Source: Pavona decussata (taxonomy: Eukaryota). From it: 64,000 nucleotides of DNA. Location: NCBI GenBank assembly GCA_977016875.1, contig CDRNST010000090.1, positions 744,001 through 808,000 on the forward strand. Direction: 5' to 3'. The first letter of the stretch is position 1, and each line of letters starts with the position of its first letter. Shown here in pieces: positions 36,790-48,597 of the stretch. The notes under the pieces are model-generated. The model was given only the letters and a program-made list of their open reading frames with translations. It did not search any database and had not been told where the DNA came from. A program made the position numbers and the translations under genes.

Positions 36790-37200
36790 TATTTCAGTGT
36801 AAGCATGCTTTCAATTGCCCCTACCAACTCGAAGCTTTCAAGAAAGCCTGTCAGAAGATGGCTGAAAAACCCAAGGAATACATTGAAGAGAAGGGAAAGA
36901 GGACTACCAATACAGCAGAGGGATTCCATGGAAATGTATTGCCGTATCGTGAAGAGAGGATTGAACTCAATTGCCTACACTAAGTGTAAAACTAATAAGG
37001 CAATTCTTCATAAGGTAACTAACATTAATTTGACTTGTAACTTCATCATAGTAAGTAAGTGTAAACTTAAAACAAAAAAACCTTTTTTTGCTGCATTGTA
37101 ACAGCACATAGGTCTAGTGTGGATATTAGTGCTCACGCTAATGATGGGTTTCCACATCCCCAAGCTGGCAGTGCACAGTATTCTGGCAAGGTGCAAACAC
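36790..37200 (+). pseudogene. Decayed spliced transposase fragment, possibly Kolobok/Mutator-like
   Basis: TNTAEGFHGNVLPYREERIEL...KCKTNKAILHK followed by a GT-AG intron; resembles TxxxExxH...YxxKR motifs. Confidence 0.4.
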
Positions 37201-37889
37201 TGGTGAAGACATCAACTGAGTACCTGAAGAAAAAGTAAGATTTGTCAGGTCTCAAAAACAGGATGCAAAACCTATTTAAAGTTGTTTACAAATTTATATT
37301 TATGAAAGCTGTTCTTGGCATAATTTTATCATTAAAAGACATGTTGTAAGTTCACGTATTACAAAAGAAATTGCATGAATCATTATTAATCACTGAATAA
37401 TGTGACAATCTTGGGCAACTTGTTTTGCAATGGTAAAGCAAGTATTTGCTTATTATGAAACAAACTACATGAAACGTGTTTGGTTAAGGTTGAGAAAAGA
37501 AGCTGCAAAAGACAACGCTCAGAAGGAAATCATCTGGCACTTACAGTATGGCACCAGGAACGAAGCTGTGTGGAAAGAGGAAGCTACAGATCAAGAAGCA
37601 AAAGAGTGAAAGACGGAGAAGGAATTGAAGATGGAAAGTAACAGTGAAGGCCATTGTTGGTTGAGTTAAAGAGAAAAAGGTTCTTTTAGGAGCCACCAAA
37701 TCTGAAACAAGTCAATGAACCAACAGATTGTGTTTAAATGCCACCATGAACAAATAGGGGGTGTTGCCACTTAATAAGACGTGCCATAATATTGGAATAT
37801 GTTTTGCGATACAAAACAATAAGAAATCATGATCTTGCAGTTTTTTAGGTAAGTGTATAAGGTAAACAAAAAAATCCCATCAGACTGGC

Positions 37890-40334
37890 TGTTACTGTGC
37901 ATACGTTCTGCGCATCTCGAGATACTCGGTTTCCTATGGGTGATGCCTACTAATACAGGGATATTTTTGCGCCATTTAAAAATGTGCGGAAAAAGCAGAA
38001 CTTAGCAAGTGCTCTTGGTATGCAAAAAGGAAATTGGGGATAACCATGCATTTGTGACCGTGCACGGGAAAAGGTACCTTAACGCTTATCCGTTAAACGG
38101 TCACTAACGGACGGATAGATAACGGATAGTTAACGACCTGCACAGCATTCGAACGTTTTATCCTAACGTTCTAACGGTTATCTAATTATGCCTAACGGAT
38201 GATCAAAGCGTGCTACTCTTTGTTCTAACGTTCTAACGGCTAACTAAGTATGCCTAACGGATGAAGAGAAAGTTCTAACAGTTGCCCAATTTGTTCTAAT
38301 GGATGCCTAGAGCCGTTTAACGGTTGTCTGACGGTTTACAACTAAGGACTTTTAACGAACGAATAGCTTAGCTATAAACACATAATCAGGCCAAACCATT
38401 AGTAGTCTTACACCCACGTTTTTTTTTTTAAAGAATCACAAAGTGCCGATTTCATCAGTCGTCGATGAGGCAAACATAAGTATACTTATTTCCACTGAAA
38501 GCAAAGCTCAGTGATATAAACTATCACTTCCTCATCGAGATAAACAAGTGCAGAATTCAAGTCCTTCGATGATGATTATCGTGTGAGATGAGATGTTAGT
38601 CCGAGGCTAACGTCGCTAAACGAGCGTGTAAATAATTTCACTTGCCAGTCAGGGTGAACATTTTATATTGTTTTACTCAAATGGTTTTGTCGGTTATACT
38701 TATTTTGCACAATGACTTTGTCTAGAGTTTTTTAACGTAACTGTTTAATCCAGCTGTGGATTCGTGAAAGATCACGCTTTCAATTTCTTGACAGAATGCG
38801 AAAAGCGGTACCTTTGGATTCACGATTCTCGAAGCGACAGGCGTTTTTTTGGTGCTGGTTTCATCAGATAAAGTTGTTTTTGTCACATACATGTTGTTTA
38901 AAATTGGTTTCTTTTGATTCAGAGTCAGAGACAACGAGACAACAGGCTATCAAAATATTCATCAAACTTCCCGCCGGAATATGGCCGTTTCTCACACCTT
39001 GGAAAATGTAAACAACTTTATGCAAATTTTTGAACCCACACTTTGTGAATTGAAACCTGCCGAATGTAACTTGATACATGTGAAGGAATTTGGTTGCCTA
39101 GCAAGTGACCAAAATCTTGCCAGTGTTTTCAGCGTTGCAATTCCTTTCTACGTCCGAACGACGGCTTCTGTCAGTATTTTATGACGTTAGTAGAAGCTTT
39201 AAATCTTGTAAAAGATGGTATTTTGGCTTCATCCAAGCGAACGTACTGAATATAGAAATGCGTCAAGCGTCAATTTGTGGTACTCAGTAGACTTGCAGTG
39301 TTTACGTTTGTTCCAGGTAATCGATCTTATCTCTCACACTGGACCCGAATGAAATTTTGCAAAATTGAAGTTTCCTATTTTACCCCAAGCCCTTCACCAA
39401 CGGAATTGCCTTGCATCTTTTAAGTCAACTGAACAATTACATTTTGCGGCCGGAGACAGTAAATGCTTGAGGTAGAGTGAGGGAAAGTTCATGGTAAGTT
39501 AACAAATATGCAAATCGGAACCGAAGCGCGCTGAAGGAGAGAAGTCTGTTGAATTTACTGATTTTATTCCAAGCCGTAATTTATTTTTGTGACTTAATTT
39601 CATGGATCCGGAGCTACGATATCTTCCGTTCCTGGTTTACAAATCTGTCTGATTTCGCGGTAATAGTTCCCGCGTTCGAAGCTACATCTCATGATTGTTT
39701 TGAACTAAATGGAAGCCAACTACAAAAGCCACCCTCCGTTAGGCTCTCGTTTCACACTGTGTTTAGGCGACCACATTCTACTTCAATGCGTGTCATGCCA
39801 TTCTAATGGAATCGTTACCCTCTTAACGGGTACTGGTTTATTCTAACGGATCCTAACGGCTTCTTTAGCCGTGCTAACGGATACAGATTGTTTGCTAACA
39901 GTTATGCTGTCCAGTCTAACGGTCTGATGCTAACGGCTAACGGATACATGTCTTTTGCTAACGGCTGCACTATCCGTTCTAACGGCCCGATGCTAACGTC
40001 TAACGCCTACGCCTCTAACGCTCTTAAGAAAACTTTCTAACGGATGACTAAAGGATGCCTAACGCTTTTGCCTGTTTAACGGATAAGCATTAAGGTACGT
40101 TTTCCCGCGCACGGTCACATTTTTCAGAGATAAAAAGCTTCAATTTTGAACAAAACGCCATACCTTTCTTTGTATTTTACTGTTTTTTAGAATAATTGTT
40201 GCGCAGTTATCTCTAAAAAATGCGTGGTTACCCCCAAAAGTTCTTTTTGGATTTCAATAACCTTTGCTAAGATCTGCTTTCCCAGCATAGTCATAAACCA
40301 AACAAAAATACTTCTTTATTAGTAGGCACTGTCC
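37890..40334. mobile_element. TTAA-ended (Kolobok-like) non-autonomous element, left end lost, interrupted by a younger insertion
   Basis: Right end TAGTAGGCACTGTCC|TTAA; diverged inverted similarity between 37945-38050 and 40215-40330. Confidence 0.65.
38054..40118. mobile_element. 2.07-kb non-autonomous TIR element, Sola1-like (4-bp AWWT target)
   Basis: ATTT|GTGACCGTGCACGGGAAAAGGTACCTTAACGCTTATCCGTTAAAC...GTTTAACGGATAAGCATTAAGGTACGTTTTCCCGCGCACGGTCAC|ATTT; many CTAACGG subterminal repeats. Confidence 0.85.
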
Positions 40335-40594
40335 TTAAATGGCGACTGTGTCAATGCAATTCACGGCACCAGAGAGGTAGTCAGACAAATTTAGTTCTGC
40401 TTTCATTGTATTTAACTTTTGTAAAGTTCTGTTGAATGCAGTTCGTGTTTACAGAGAATATTTATGACTAAGGCAAGTGAAGTTATGCCATCCCAGTTTT
40501 TAGGAAAGGTCAGGAGCATCACATGCAATTATAACATCCATGTACTATATCGTTCATTTAGTCTAGAGAGAAATCTACATTGTAGAGATTTCAT

Positions 40595-40909
40595 CACTAC
40601 TATTTTATCACTACCCACTTTTAATGTAGAATGGCGCCATAAGTCATTCTCATTTCTAGCCGCAAAACTTTGGAATTCATTACCTACGTATGTTAGAAAT
40701 GCAAAGGATATTTCTACTTTTCAATGTCTTTTGAAAAAGCAGGTTTTTAAATAGATTTGAGATTTAAGCACTTTAAGTAATTGAAGTAATTTTTAAATTA
40801 TATCTTTTTTTTGTTGTTGATGCTTTTCATTTCACGCACATGTTTTTACGAGTTTTTATCACTCCTAGATGTAGCGTGGGTAAATAAAGTATTGTTGTTG
40901 TTGTTGTTA
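40595..40909 (+). mobile_element. Short LINE (CR1/L2-group) 3' end
   Basis: LSLPTFN...KSFSFLAAKLWNSLP...DISTFQCLLKK*, then AATAAA and a (TTG)n tail. Confidence 0.8.
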
Positions 40910-42109
40910 CATGTATCACAAGTACAAGTATTTAATCAGAAGTTCTAAACTCTGAGAAACTGACGATAGTGCAAGTACAGGTATTTTCATCATTTAATGG
41001 AAACCATTAACATGAAACAAGTAGTTTATTTTAATTTTTGAAAATAAGTAGTTGATCCAAATCATCCCTAATAATACAAAGCAGTTAATGTTCCTTAGCT
41101 GTTATCATGACTCTCTGTCTACAAACATTTTGTAGCCTTTCCAAAACAATGTGGTTTGGACCCTGTTTTAGCAAAGTGCAGCAAAGCACAGTTTGGGCCC
41201 TCATTCTAATCACACCAGAGTGGCTTTTTTGAACAGGTTTTTATTTATTGAAGCAGTTTCCACTTTCTGGATGAACAAAAAAAAAAGCCATCTACATGTA
41301 CAGTGCCTTGCTAATTTCGCTTAATTTACAAGTTGATCAAACAGAACCGGTCATCAGGTAATATTTGCAGTAAAGCCAATAGCATATGAAAGTGTGAAAT
41401 GTCTGCTTCTTATCCTTAGTCAAACTTTTCCAGATGCTAGTACAGCAGATCAGGATACAGTGGATACACATTTGGTAATTCGCATTTTACATTTGAATAG
41501 ATGATCATTTATTTTTTAAGTGCCTTATCGTTCATGTTAAATCCTGTGAACTAACTAAACGTTTTCACCCAGAGGAGACGTTTTTCTTCTTTACTACAAG
41601 AAGTTGCATCTGGAACAACTCGCCATTGACAATGATTCCTCCATAAATGTTTTTTTTTTTTTTTTGGAAAGAATGTCCGGTTGACAGGGGGTATGTGCAG
41701 ATGTTTAGTTCACTGTAGTCTTTCTTGCTAATATTTGAATTATTGTCCAATTTTTTCAACTTACTTGTAGTACTGTGCTCGTATTTTTAAATGCATGGGG
41801 ATGTATCCTCTTTTTTTTAAGATGGCAATGCTGTGCTGCCATTTCTAAGAATGCTACAAATGTAACAGTTGGACTTCTCTTTAGCAAGCATGCTCTTGAA
41901 TACATGTTGCACAGAACACATGTCAAACACAATAAAAGTGACATTTTATTGACATTTGATACAATTTACATTGTATGCACCAAGGCACTCACAAATTGCA
42001 TACTTGGTTAACAAAAAGCAGTGATAAAATGTTATGACAAAGGAGAACATAGCATAGAAACAAACTGATAAGACGTTGTCAAGATCGTTCAGTCCCTAGT
42101 GCAGCAGGT

Positions 42110-42334
42110 ACGCTTCTAAGTGGTTTCCCTTTACAAAGCAATTGTTTGAAACAGGTCAAGAAAATAAAAACAATTTGTTGGGGCTTAGTAGAGGGCGACT
42201 GCAACCAATTATTAATAGAGGTCAGAATTACAATAGTTACTGTGGAGGAAAGTAATTTTCAGGATTTTGACAACTATAACTACTTAAAAGAGGGTGACCA
42301 CTTAATATGGTGCTGCTTAATACTGGTTTGACTG
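42110..42334. mobile_element. Old pogo/Tigger-type MITE remnant
   Basis: One clear end ...CTTAATACTGGTTTGACTG|TA with repeated CnnCTTAATA motifs; the other end is eroded. Confidence 0.5.
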
Positions 42335-42389
42335 TAAATGGTTTTCTTTTTCTGACAAATACAAACCCAAGTATGTTTTTAAAGAAAGC

Positions 42390-42630
42390 AATTGTGAGAT
42401 TGTTGGGAAAGTAGTATATGTCAACATGCCAGCAGAAATACGACACCTCTTACCAAACTCAGAACCTGGAGATACCACATGGCAACAAGTGTTGAGAGTG
42501 AAGAAGAGGAATGAGGTTTATTATGCTGCAGAGTATGGGATGGTGAAGAAGCGAACCTGCCATACAATCCTTTTCAGAGATGATGATGGGTCAATGATAA
42601 CTGCCTCTGTTTTGTATTATATCCATAATG
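42390..42630 (+). pseudogene. Possible C-terminal fragment of CACTA/EnSpm transposase
   Basis: RVKKRNEVYYAAEYGMVKKRTCHTILF resembles the YxSxxYxRxxKRNxxTVxF region of animal EnSpm transposases. Confidence 0.35.
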
Positions 42631-44459
42631 TCCGTTTCATTTTATGCTCTCAAACAGCGGGACTTGTTTTTTTTAAAAAAAGTTACATTGTTACATTTTC
42701 GCAAGCTTTATTTATTCACAACTTAAGTTATAACTAGGCTGGCTTGCAAATAGCAAAGAGCTAATCGCGGCAAGCCAGACTGTACACAAGATTTGTGTCA
42801 CATTTGTGAGGTACCAGTCTTTTTTTCAGCCACACGCATCTCCAAGTCTTCCACGCTGGCCATTTTGAACAGTGGTAATTAAAATAAAAGTATTGGGAGT
42901 TCATAGTGAATTGAAACAAAGATAATTGCATATACTTGTCATGATTGCCACACCTTTTACTCTTTCAACCACGGTAAAATTGATTGTTTCACAGAACAAT
43001 GAACATGTGCCTCATTTTTATTGTCTAAGGGGTAATACAAGTCAGTAGCTCGTATGCAGTAATAGCAGGATCAAAATAATCAAATGAACTTCCATTAGTT
43101 GTGTTTAATATAGGACCTAAAATCTCTTAAATGATTTCACTATACCATCTATACAGAGATTACTTGCTATGCGAATAGAATTTTTGTCTTTTTCCTGAGG
43201 AATTGAGTTAATTTTTATTGAGCATCATTGAAGGCACATACATAGGATTGCTATTCAACATTTTTGTTATAGTATAGGACACGTGGAGTAGATGTATATA
43301 TATTTAGCGTGTGGAAAAATCGCCTATTACATACATAGGGCCATAGAGAACCAATCATGCCATCTCCTGCCTCCAGGCGATGTGTATGGATTACTGACGG
43401 TCAATATTTTTTGTCTTTGTTTGGCATGATTGGAAATGTTTTTATCATCATTAATACAAAGACTCTGTCTTCGGAGTCTTTCCAACAATTGGCTGGTAAT
43501 CAGCCAGTCAAAAGGTTGCAAACATAACGTTTTCCTTTTTATCAGTTTTCATGTGATATTAGCCCACAATTCACATTCATATGAGCCGTGACAAGTCAGA
43601 AGATGTATGCTGTTCTGATTTTTTATGCGCCATCATCTTGCCAACTAATGGCAAAATATGCCACACTGTAGAATTACTGAGGTGTAAAGTACCAGTAACA
43701 GAAGCATCGACTACCTCCGACAAAACAACTTGGCGAAAGATGTCCTACACAACTTGCAGCACCTCATTACGCTAAACTGCTCTCAGTCACTCGTCTTTTT
43801 GTTTGCTTTGCACATTTGCCGCTTTGCAGCAATGATGCCAAATATTTATATGTTTTGCCTTGGCGTTCTGTTTGCCTCAACGTTTATTTTAATTGCATTC
43901 ACCTCTACAACCACGTCAATCTGCCCTGGCCACATCACCTAAACTGCAGCACATGTCCAAAGTCTCCATCAGTCTGTATCAAGCCTTCTTCACTGTGTTT
44001 TATTGATTTACAATATTTGCCACATCCGCTGACTATGAACTAAAACGATGTAATTCAAATTCCAGCGAAATGCAAACTAAAAGAAAAACACATTTTACCT
44101 TACCATACTTGATTAGATGGTTCCTTTGGATTTGTCGTTGTTCATGTTCCCTGTAGCGTAAGGCTCACTGTCTTTTATTTGGCTGTCGATGTCAGTTTTT
44201 GAAAACTTTAATAGTTTAAACGCTTAAATGATCAAACTTCAATTTCATCGAAGGTGGATTGACTGCGAACTTAACCAGTTCTTGAATACATACACAGAAA
44301 AAATTTGGATTCTCCAGGCTAATGACCTTATAAACTGCCTTTATTTACCAGGTTTTTTCAGCAGACACATGTGGTTATAAGAATTCACCACAAACGGAAG
44401 GGAAGAGGAGAAGAATCAGAGTCACTGCTGGAAGGGATGACACAACACTGGATCCAAAG

Positions 44460-45320
44460 ACCTTAGAATTAGGACGGGAATAGATAGCATCTGGCACAAC
44501 ATCACCTGCCTTCAAAGGTAAATTGCACCGAGATTCAGGTTCTATCACAGAAGTTGCATGTAAAAAATGTATGGTTTCTATAACCACCAAACAAGCTAAA
44601 ATTGTTAAGCGAACTTAGGGGGTTAAAAGGTCTTTGACATCCCAACATCCTTTATTACTTCGGCATGGATTTTACGCGATCACTTCTTCTCACTGAACTA
44701 CTGGAAAAATGAAAATACGAGAGTGTGTGAAAATTCATAATGCAAGAGAATTGCTAGACTACCATGAACTACAACCAGTGCCTCAGTTCAAGCCCAGATG
44801 GCACTCCGTGCATGTGCAATAATGCACAGAGTGCATTCCTCCACAACCCAAAAAAATTGTCCACTGTGACCTCATGGATCTATCTTCATGGATGATGATG
44901 GAGAGGGAAAATGGATAGTGAAACTGGGTGACTTTGGTACGCCACAATTTGATTTCGAGCAGTTTTCAGGATTGGTCCTCCCGTCCAAAACTAACAATAA
45001 TGACGCCATTTAGGGTACCGCAGCGCACACAGCAACAGAACTTCTTGAAAGAGAGAAAAAGCAAACCATTAAAAGCAACATATAAAGCCTCGGTATGGTG
45101 ATGCCAGAATTCAGTTTACCGACTGCTTAACTCCTTGGGAGAGGTTGCCAATTCATCTGTCATCTACGACTATATATGAAGAGGAGAACAACCTACTGTT
45201 AGAGAGGAAAACTTAACGGGGTTGAGTGAAGACACCTCCAGACGGATGAAGCTGCTTTGTTCCTGTTGGGGTCAAGATCCTTCAAAGAGACCATCGAGAA
45301 CCCACATTCATCTTGAGAGC
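44460..45320 (+). pseudogene. Decayed intronless protein kinase (Ser/Thr or TKL-like)
   Basis: In order: IASGTTSPAFKGKL, EVACKK, L*HPNILYYFG, KIVHCDL, VKLGDFGT, GTAAHTATELL, SLGMV, CWGQDPSKRPS; many stops and frameshifts. Confidence 0.85.
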
Positions 45321-45399
45321 ACATCAATGTCTGTTTCAGAATCAGGCAATGACTACAAGACTATTTGAAAGTGGAGAGACAAATATCCGTATAAACAAT

Positions 45400-46011
45400 A
45401 TATCCCACTGAGTAATCACCATGGGATGACACAAGAGCTCATAGATGAAGAGGTTAGCTCTTTCATCTCCCAAAACAAATTGATATCAGAAGATCTAAGA
45501 AACGACCTAGTCAGTAACTTCCAACCAACTGATGGTAGCAATGCCTGCGTATATCTTTGCACAAAAATCGCCGATGAACTCCTAAAATTTGAAGATGTTT
45601 CTGATAAGAAGAGTTTTCTTCATCCAAAAGGTAGCAGAGGAAACCATTCGATCACTGCCAAAACGTGTGAAACCTTTGGGGAATGTTAGTGACTTCACAG
45701 ATGTCTACAATGCATTGAAAGTAATGACCCAGCATGGAATTATTATAAATACTCAGTACATTAACAAAGAACTTTTGGAGAAGCAATCATCAGATAACCT
45801 TGAAGACAAACAGAAGCATTTGAAATCAGCGTTGAAATCAATACAAAGGTCAACAAATGCAGAGGGAAAGGCTTTTGCAGTCTATATATACCACCCTTAT
45901 GCTATTCTGGTAGGCTTGATATCTTCAAATGTCGTAATCATTGGTACTCACAAGGTACCCTCAGAAGTCGGAGGCGAAGAAGCGGGATGTTTTTTTTCGG
46001 CCTGTTTATAG
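45400..46011 (+). pseudogene. Decayed domain directly after the kinase; possibly papain-fold cysteine peptidase
   Basis: DGSNACVYLCTKIA and later AVYIYHPYAILVG...VIIGTH in overlapping frames 45426-45689 and 45589-46011. Confidence 0.4.
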
Positions 46012-48252
46012 TTTATACCACCTAATTTAAAAAAATATGGTTTTATCTCAATATTCATGCAAACTTTAATTCTATGCATTGTCAAAGGTTCGTTTTCTCA
46101 CTGGAAGTCACATCCATTGACCGAGAAAGCAACACAGTATCCCCGTAAGATTAATGAATAGCATAAATTGATAAAAGGCACTTGAATTTATGGATATCAT
46201 TAATTTAGCGTGAACCAGTAGGACTGCTGTTCACTTGGAAAATGGAAAGAAGACTCAATCGAGTAATTTTACAGCTCGGTCGACGATCAACGCGGAGGAA
46301 CAGTGGTCTTTTTTTTTCATCATTATGAGCGATCAGGAAATATCTGGTAAGAATATTTCAATGTTTGGACCCCATCGTCATGTATGGTTCTTTATAATAG
46401 AATTAATTCCGAAATGCTTGGATGAACGGCACAACATATACCCGTCCACTTGTTGCTTATTTGCATCTCATTGAATAAGAATAGTGCCTCATGCATTACA
46501 AACGGTGCACTTTTATCTCTTTTATACTTAACTTATGCAGTAAACAGCATGACTGCATGTTATCCAGCTAAGAGGAACCATGATTCCTTCCTGCAAAGGA
46601 GAAAAGGCTTATTGTATACGTGAGTGTACTGCTGCCGCTCGATGATTATGATATAACTTAAGCTTAATTATACAGCATGAATTTGGTGTATTGGTGCGTC
46701 AGGACGTTTTATTTAGCCCCATCGCCTGCAGGGGTTACAGACTATACCTTTACGTGTTTTACAGAAAGGGAAAAATTCTTTAACCGATTTGCGGGCCGTT
46801 TTTGAACTACTTGTGGACCACTTTGGTTTGGGTTTTTTCAATGTTTATACATCACACGAAGAAAAATCCCACATGGTTTTAGAGTTTTTCAGATCAGAAT
46901 TCAACGTACTGGAATGGTTTTCATGTTGTCAGTGTGTGTTTGATTTTATCAGAAGTTTATCACCCATTCTCCTGGTTTCCATTTTAGGATATTCATTCTA
47001 AAAGCTGCATTAAAGCATGAGGTCATTTTTATCTTGGGGTCACCCTGAAACAAGATTATGTGGGCTTAATTGCTGGCGGCATGTCGTAAAACCACTCCAG
47101 GAACACAGAACAGCCAGGAACAACCAAAATAAGGTTAGCTTACCTTTTTGGGGGTTAGTTTTAATACTGGTTAATAGTTTTTAGAGGTGTATCAGGCTGT
47201 TCTAATCCGTTTTCCTGTTCTTAATGCATTCCTTAGCCGACTAACACCAGCATTTCGGTTTTGTTTTCTTCGTTGTACTTTAATTTACGTTCCTATTTTC
47301 CTCAATAAATATTGAAATTTTATTCTCATCTAGATGGCTGTTTTTTTAGAACATTTTCGTTTCAAAGAGGTCACAATTTGGCACAGATTCTACCTTTTCT
47401 TTTTCTTTTTGTTTCGATTGGACTCGATTTTCACGTCAGCAAACCTGTCAAACAGGTTTTCTACAGTCAAATAATTAACTGTACGAACAACTAACTATCC
47501 GAATATCGCTGGATATTTGTACTCATTTCGAAGGTAATTTTGCTGTATTCACTGTAGTTGGATAAAAAACATCGATACTACACACCAAAATATCTAATAA
47601 TAATCGTAATTTAGCTTTCCATATGTTTCTTTAAATTTGTAAAAGTTTACAGAATCTATCGGAGTGAGTGAATCACTCCATTCGCCGTAAGACAACAACA
47701 GCTTTATGTCCGCCCTCTTGAACTCTACCAGCAATCGGAACACGAAACTGAGCTGTTCTGTATGAACTTCACCTCAGCTTCAACCAAAGCAAAGCAAAGA
47801 AGAATAGTCATACAGTTGAAGGTGTTGGACACGATGCATGATCCGCCAGTTCTTAACGAGAAGACGTTCAATGAAAATCCTTGGATTTGTGTGAACATTT
47901 CGCCTTTTGCACCGCTTGGGGTTTGATCGATTCAGTTCACTACAGGAAGTTGACAATCCATGTTGACAAATTGAAGTCCCAAGTTATGTTTGTGCCTTGC
48001 AAATGTTAAAATTTGTCTACTTTGTAATCCATCTTTGCGCAAGTTTGAAGTAACTCATGCTGCGTTGCTCAGTTGTCAGAGAAAACCAGTTTGGCGAGCT
48101 TCTCTCTTTTGACCAATCAACAAGCGCGTCAAATAAAGCGTGGGAAAACTTGTCGCGCGTCCCTCAGTCACATTCTCGTGTAACGCATTCCCTTGCCCTA
48201 CCTTTTCTCATTTTTAGGCGCTAACTGAGTAAGTTGAATAATAAATTGATCA

Positions 48253-48394
48253 CTTATTAGACGGTTTAGTGTGTAGTATCGCAGGACATTTTTACTCGTC
48301 TCTTGTATTTTGACTCGCCCGAAGTGGGCTGGCCAAAATACAGCGTGACTCGTAAAAATGTCCTGCGCTACTACACACTAAACCGTCTAATAAG
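48253..48394. mobile_element. 142-bp hairpin MITE-like element
   Basis: CTTATTAGACGGTTTAGTGTGTAGTA...TACTACACACTAAACCGTCTAATAAG, near-perfect arms. Confidence 0.85.
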
Positions 48395-48449
48395 ATATAT
48401 ATCTTCTGAAAATTGCTGAATTCTTCTAATTTGTTTTGTCTATACAATA

Positions 48450-48597
48450 AACAGAAACATTACACGGCAACTTAAAGATGTGAATTTTATTTTCTCATGT
48501 TAAAAACAATATTTTACTTGGTGCACTCGTTCTAAATATTGTTTCTACCAGTCGCAAATAAAATTCATATCTTGGCACCGCCATGTAATATCCTCCA
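48450..48597. repeat. Palindromic dispersed repeat, second copy at about 49283-49395
   Basis: ACATTACA...AAGATRTGAATTTTATTTTCT...AAATTCATATCTT...TGTAATATCCTC in both places. Confidence 0.7.

Noticed and set aside
43640-43690. Ulp1-like QCGIFC protease motif on the minus strand
   Set aside because: It needs frameshifts, and a longer open frame overlaps it; may be chance.
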